64,000 bases of DNA. Origin: an uncultured Planctomycetaceae bacterium (lineage in GTDB: Bacteria > Planctomycetota > Planctomycetia > Planctomycetales > Planctomycetaceae). The notes below the pieces were generated by a model. It was not told where the DNA came from, did no database searches, and saw only the letters and a list, made by a program, of their open reading frames with translations. The stretch covers positions 448,001 through 512,000 of the forward strand of contig CAWFAK010000016.1 of the NCBI GenBank assembly GCA_963813715.1, written 5' to 3'. The stretch's first letter is position 1. The number at the start of each line of letters is the position of its first letter. A program made the position numbers and the translations under genes. Shown one piece after another: positions 59,869-64,000 of the stretch.

Positions 59869-62017
59869 ATGACCACTCCGCAACCGGCACCCGCGGCCCC
59901 TCCCTGGAAGCACTGGTGGATCTGGTGCCTGGGCTGCATCGCGCTCTGCGCCCTGCTCTTTATCGACTATGCGCAGAAGCAGGAGGTCGTCCCGCCCGCC
60001 GACGGACAGGCTTTCGCCGAACCGGAAACTGCCCCGACCATCGCACCCGGATCGCCGGACAACGCGTCGCATGCTCCGGCATCTGTTGAGAAAACTGCCG
60101 ACGCACGGTCCGGCGCAGTGCCGGTCGCCTCTACGGCCGCCACCACCGGCGACTCGCAGATCGACGCGTTCTTGGGCGACGAGCTACGCCGTTGGCAGGA
60201 CGACTTCGGCTTCGATAACGATGCCCTGCACGCGGGCGTCCGTCGCGCGATCCACGCCTTTCGTCCGTTCCTGTTCTTTTACGGCGGCCGCGAGTCGATC
60301 ACCGAAGTCTGTCGCGAAGCTCACGAAGAAGCAGGGCGGACTCAGCGGCGGTTGGGCCGCGTCACTCGCCCGCTCGGCCGCGCAGGTGGCGAAGAGGCGA
60401 CCCGCAGTGGCGCCTTCGCGTTCAGCGCGCTCGAAGAGGCGGCATCCGACTGGCTGCAAGAACAAAACGCTCGCCAATGTCGATCCACAGCTGCCCGAGG
60501 GGGGCTGGTTCGCGGCCGAGCCCGGCTCCGCTTCGCGCTCGTCCGACGGTGCCGAAATGCTTCCCAAGCTGCGGGCGTCGCGTGGCAACCTGGTCAATGC
60601 GGCCGGCAAGATCGTCTGGGCCGCGCGGCCCGATTTACCGCTCACCGTCAACAGCCAGCTGGCGGCCGCGTTTCTGGAATGGGTCGACGAGTTTCAGCTT
60701 TCCGAAGAGGACGTGCCCGGCCTCGCGCGCTCGGTGCTGGGACGATTGCTCGTCCTGCAGGCCGGGCCGAGCGGCCCGCCGCCGGCGAGCCAGGCTCGCA
60801 TCGTCGCCTGCGAAGCGGGCATCAAGTGGCTGCACGAAGCTCGCGACGAGGCGCGGCCCCTCTATCGCCGCACCGGTTGGGTCAACGTCCCGCACATCGT
60901 GCGGCTTTCCGCAGAAGTTGCGGCGCGCGGCGCGGCCGCCGAGGCCGGCGGGCAATTCGCGGGCGAGAAGCCGCTCATCTCTTCCTACCGGCCGTCGAGC
61001 TTCGGCAACGGGCTGATTGCGCTGGCGTCGGCGGTCTCCGTGCAAGATCGGCCCGCGCTGCTCACCGCGCCCTTTGACGAAACGGCCGCCAAGTCGGCGC
61101 AGCGATGGTGGGCCGACGGCCTCAAGCTGCCCGTCGATCCGACGAACTCGATCGGCATGAAGCTGGTGGTCATTCCCGCGGGCGAGTTTTTCATGGGCTC
61201 GACGCCGGAGAAGATCCACCAGGTGCGTCGCGCCGACCCCGCGTTTCGCAAGGACTGGGAACACGAGGAGCAGCCGCAGCATCACGTGCAGATCAGCCGG
61301 CCGTTTCTGCTGGGCGCGTGCGAGGTGACACGGGGCCAGTTTCGCGAGTTCGTCCGCAGCACGCGGTACGTGACCGATGCCCAGCGCGACGGCAAAGGCG
61401 GCATGGGGTTCGACGCGGCCACGAGCGAATTCAGGCAGGACCCGCACTTCAACTGGGAGAACACGGGCTTTCCACAAACCGACGACCAGCCGGTGGTCAA
61501 CGTGTCCTGGAACGACGCCGTCGCCTTTTGCCAGTGGCTGAGCCGCAAGGAGAAGATCGCCTATCGGCTGCCGAGCGAAGCGGAATGGGAGTATGCGTGC
61601 CGCGCCGGCAGCACCTCGCTCTATTATTACGGCGACGATCCCGAGGGCCTGGTGGCCGTCGCCAACGTGGCCGACGCGACCGCCCGTGATAAATTCACCG
61701 CATGGACGGGCATCAGCGGCCGCGACGGCTACGTCTTCACCGCCCCCGTCGGCTCGTTCCAGCCGAATCCGTTCGGGCTCTACGACATGCACGGCAACGT
61801 CTGGGAGTGGTGCCGCGACTGGTTCGGCGAGAACTATTACGCCAAGTCGCCCGAGAAGGACCCGGCCGGGCCGCCGACCGGCACAGTCCGCGTGTTTCGC
61901 GGCGGCAGCTGGTACGACGCCGCCGCCCTGTGCCGCTCGGCCTTCCGTTATTGGGATGTGCCCAGCTATCGCGATTACTTCTTGGGCTTCCGCGTCGCGG
62001 CCGACTTGCCGCAATAG
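59869..62017 (+). CDS. membrane-anchored FGE-sulfatase (SUMF1/C-type-lectin-fold) domain protein; frameshift(s) near 60300-60450
   Basis: TNSIGMKLVVIPAGEFFMGS, PVVNVSWNDAVAFC, RLPSEAEWEYACRAG, NPFGLYDMHGNVWEW, RGGSW, GFRV. Confidence 0.85.
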
Positions 62018-62085
62018 GATGCGAATTGGCGAGCCGGCACCGCGTACGAGTCTAGTGCTTGCCAGACTTCACTGCTTCGAAGCGT

Positions 62086-63038
62086 TCACTGCGGTACCAC
62101 TCGCTCGCGGCTGCTCTCGTCCCAACCTTTGGGTGCCGGAAGCGGACTGCGCGAGTAGGCGGCGTGGGCGGCCGTTTCGCTCTGGTGGAAGACGGCCGCC
62201 AAAGCCAGCGCATCGCCGTGTTGCGGATTGATCGTCAGCGTCCGCGTCAGGAATTGCTGAGCCTGGTCGCGATGTCCGGCCTCCCACGCGGCATAAGCAA
62301 CCTGGTAACAATCGTCGGCCGAGAGCTTGGGACGCACCTCCGCAGCGGCCGACAATTGCTCGGACGCTTCCGGCCAGCGGCGGTCCTTCGCATAGATTTG
62401 CCCCAGCACCCAGTGCGCCGCGCCTGCTCCTCCGGCGCGACCCGGTCCGAGTCGGCAATGCTTTGTAAGAGCGGCGCGGCCTGGCTCGGCTGGCCCGTGC
62501 GAACCAGCAAGTCGGAAATGCGGAGCATGGCTTCGGTCGAACTCGGATCGCCGGCCAGCATGCGATAGTAGATCTCGAGCGCTTCCTCGTCCCGATTTCT
62601 GACTTCGGCCAGGCGTCCCCTGAGCAGCTGCGCCTCGGTGTGACCGGGGACAAGTCGCAGAGCCGAATCGACCAACTCCTGGCACTCGTTGTACCGGCGT
62701 TCCTCAAACAGAATCCGCGCCAGGTCAAGATACGCGTCCGGGTCGTCGACGCCGCGGTGCATCATGTAGCGCAGATGCTTGACCGCTTCTTCGGTTTCTC
62801 CGGCCAGCAACAGCCCGCGCCCGATGTCCCGCTGAATTTCGGGGTCGTCGGGAGCCACCGCAGCTGCGCGCGAGAGTAACTCGCGGGCCTGTTTTCGCTC
62901 GCCTCGTTCGCACGCCTGCTTGGCCTCGTCCGTAAGTCGTGCCGATTCCTCCGCCGAGCGGCGGTTAAGCAGCGGCACGAGCCCACAGCCCGCCGCGAGC
63001 GGAACGAATACGATGAGAACCAGCGCGTAACGAGCCAT
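62086..63038 (-). CDS. TPR-repeat lipoprotein; frameshift near 62425
   Basis: lipobox LAAG-C; repeated helical TPR patterns. Confidence 0.75.
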
Positions 63039-63289
63039 CGCCCGCAACTCGCGAGGAGGTAATTGGGCGCACAGCGTCCGCACGACGAAAGCCGCGCTCG
63101 ACGGAAGGAGGAAATCAGACGAAGAAAGGAGTTCGGAGCGAGAAATCGGTCGATGAAGGGAGGCGGGGATCGTACCAATCGTGGCCCGTCGCCGGAAGAC
63201 CGGCCCAGCCAAGGCTTAGAGTCGGCTGGATACGCTGGACCACAGTTAGATAAGACGGGTGCCGTTCGCGAGCGCACCCGCTCGTATAA

Positions 63290-63319
63290 TTGACAGCTGA
63301 TGCGTTTCTCCAGTAGCAT
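63290..63319 (+). promoter_or_regulatory. candidate sigma-70 promoter upstream of the DUF1501 gene
   Basis: TTGACA-N18-TAGCAT in an AT-rich patch. Confidence 0.45.
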
Positions 63320-63451
63320 ATGCGTGGATTAGTCTAATTTGCGCGCGTCGTAACTTCAGCACGCGGTTTGTGTTTTGTCCTCCAGCGCACGTCGCAGTCC
63401 TCCGCGACGCCGGCCGCCTGCTCCCGCCTTTTGATCGCAAGGAGATGCGTC

Positions 63452-64000
63452 ATGCTGGTGATCCCCGGTCAGTACGGCAAGGACACCTGTGACGGCTTTA
63501 GTCGTCGCGAGCTGTTGCGGGTCGGCGGGTCGGCTCTTCTCGGCCTGAGCCTCCCCAGCATGTTGAAGACCACCGCGGCCCAAGCGGCCGCAGCGACGAG
63601 CGTGGAAGGCGGCGCGGGAGCCGGCTTCGGCAAAGCCAAATCGGTGATTCTGCTTTATCTGCAAGGCGGACCGAGCCACCTGGACTTGTGGGATCCGAAG
63701 ACCGACGTCCCCGATAACGTCAAAAGCGTCTTCAAGCCCATCCCCACGAAACTGCCGGGGGTCCAATTCACCGAGGTGATGCCCAAGCTGGCGCAAGTGA
63801 ACGACAAGTTCACGATGATTCGCTCGATGAGCTACACGCCGATCGGCCTCTTCAACCACACGGCGGCCATCTACCAGATGCTCACCGGTTACACGGCCGA
63901 CAACGTCAGCCCGTCGGGCCAGCTCGAGCCGCCCAGCCCGAAAGACTTTCCGAACTTCGGCTGCAACATCATCAAGCAGCGTCCGCCCGAAGTGCCGATG
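63452..64000 (+). CDS. DUF1501 domain protein with a Tat signal, truncated by the window end
   Basis: own translation [26 protein letters not shown]...[29 protein letters not shown] ribosome-binding site. Confidence 0.88.
   Translation, partial: MLVIPGQYGKDTCDGFSRRELLRVGGSALLGLSLPSMLKTTAAQAAAATSVEGGAGAGFGKAKSVILLYLQGGPSHLDLWDPKTDVPDNVKSVFKPIPTKLPGVQFTEVMPKLAQVNDKFTMIRSMSYTPIGLFNHTAAIYQMLTGYTADNVSPSGQLEPPSPKDFPNFGCNIIKQRPPEVPM

Overview
High-GC bacterial chromosomal window that looks planctomycete-like (inferred from DUF1501, a PVC-type CxxCH protein, a BBP7-like beta-barrel, a planctomycete-type ECF sigma factor and its repeat families). Many genes are broken by single-base indels, most likely long-read errors. 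Contents: a kdpFABC operon with a candidate sigma-54 promoter and a split KdpD sensor but no kdpE; housekeeping genes (murJ, holA, thrS, Fpg-family glycosylase, rfbA, UDP-GlcA decarboxylase); a MoxR/DUF58/DUF4129 trio; a P450; a CheB-CheR-PAS hybrid kinase; and a secreted Cys/Pro-repeat HEAT protein. The most notable feature is a repeat-dense island (about 52.0-55.85 kb) with two near-identical IS110-family elements, each inserted at a CT core inside a REP-like palindrome. Their left non-coding end folds into a bridge-RNA-like structure whose loops match both the insertion target and the circular donor junction. Circularisation would also assemble a sigma-70 promoter across that junction. A separate 29-nt REP family with covarying stems occurs as inverted pairs at about 36.0 and 44.8 kb. 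All calls come from reading motifs by eye; no searches were run.
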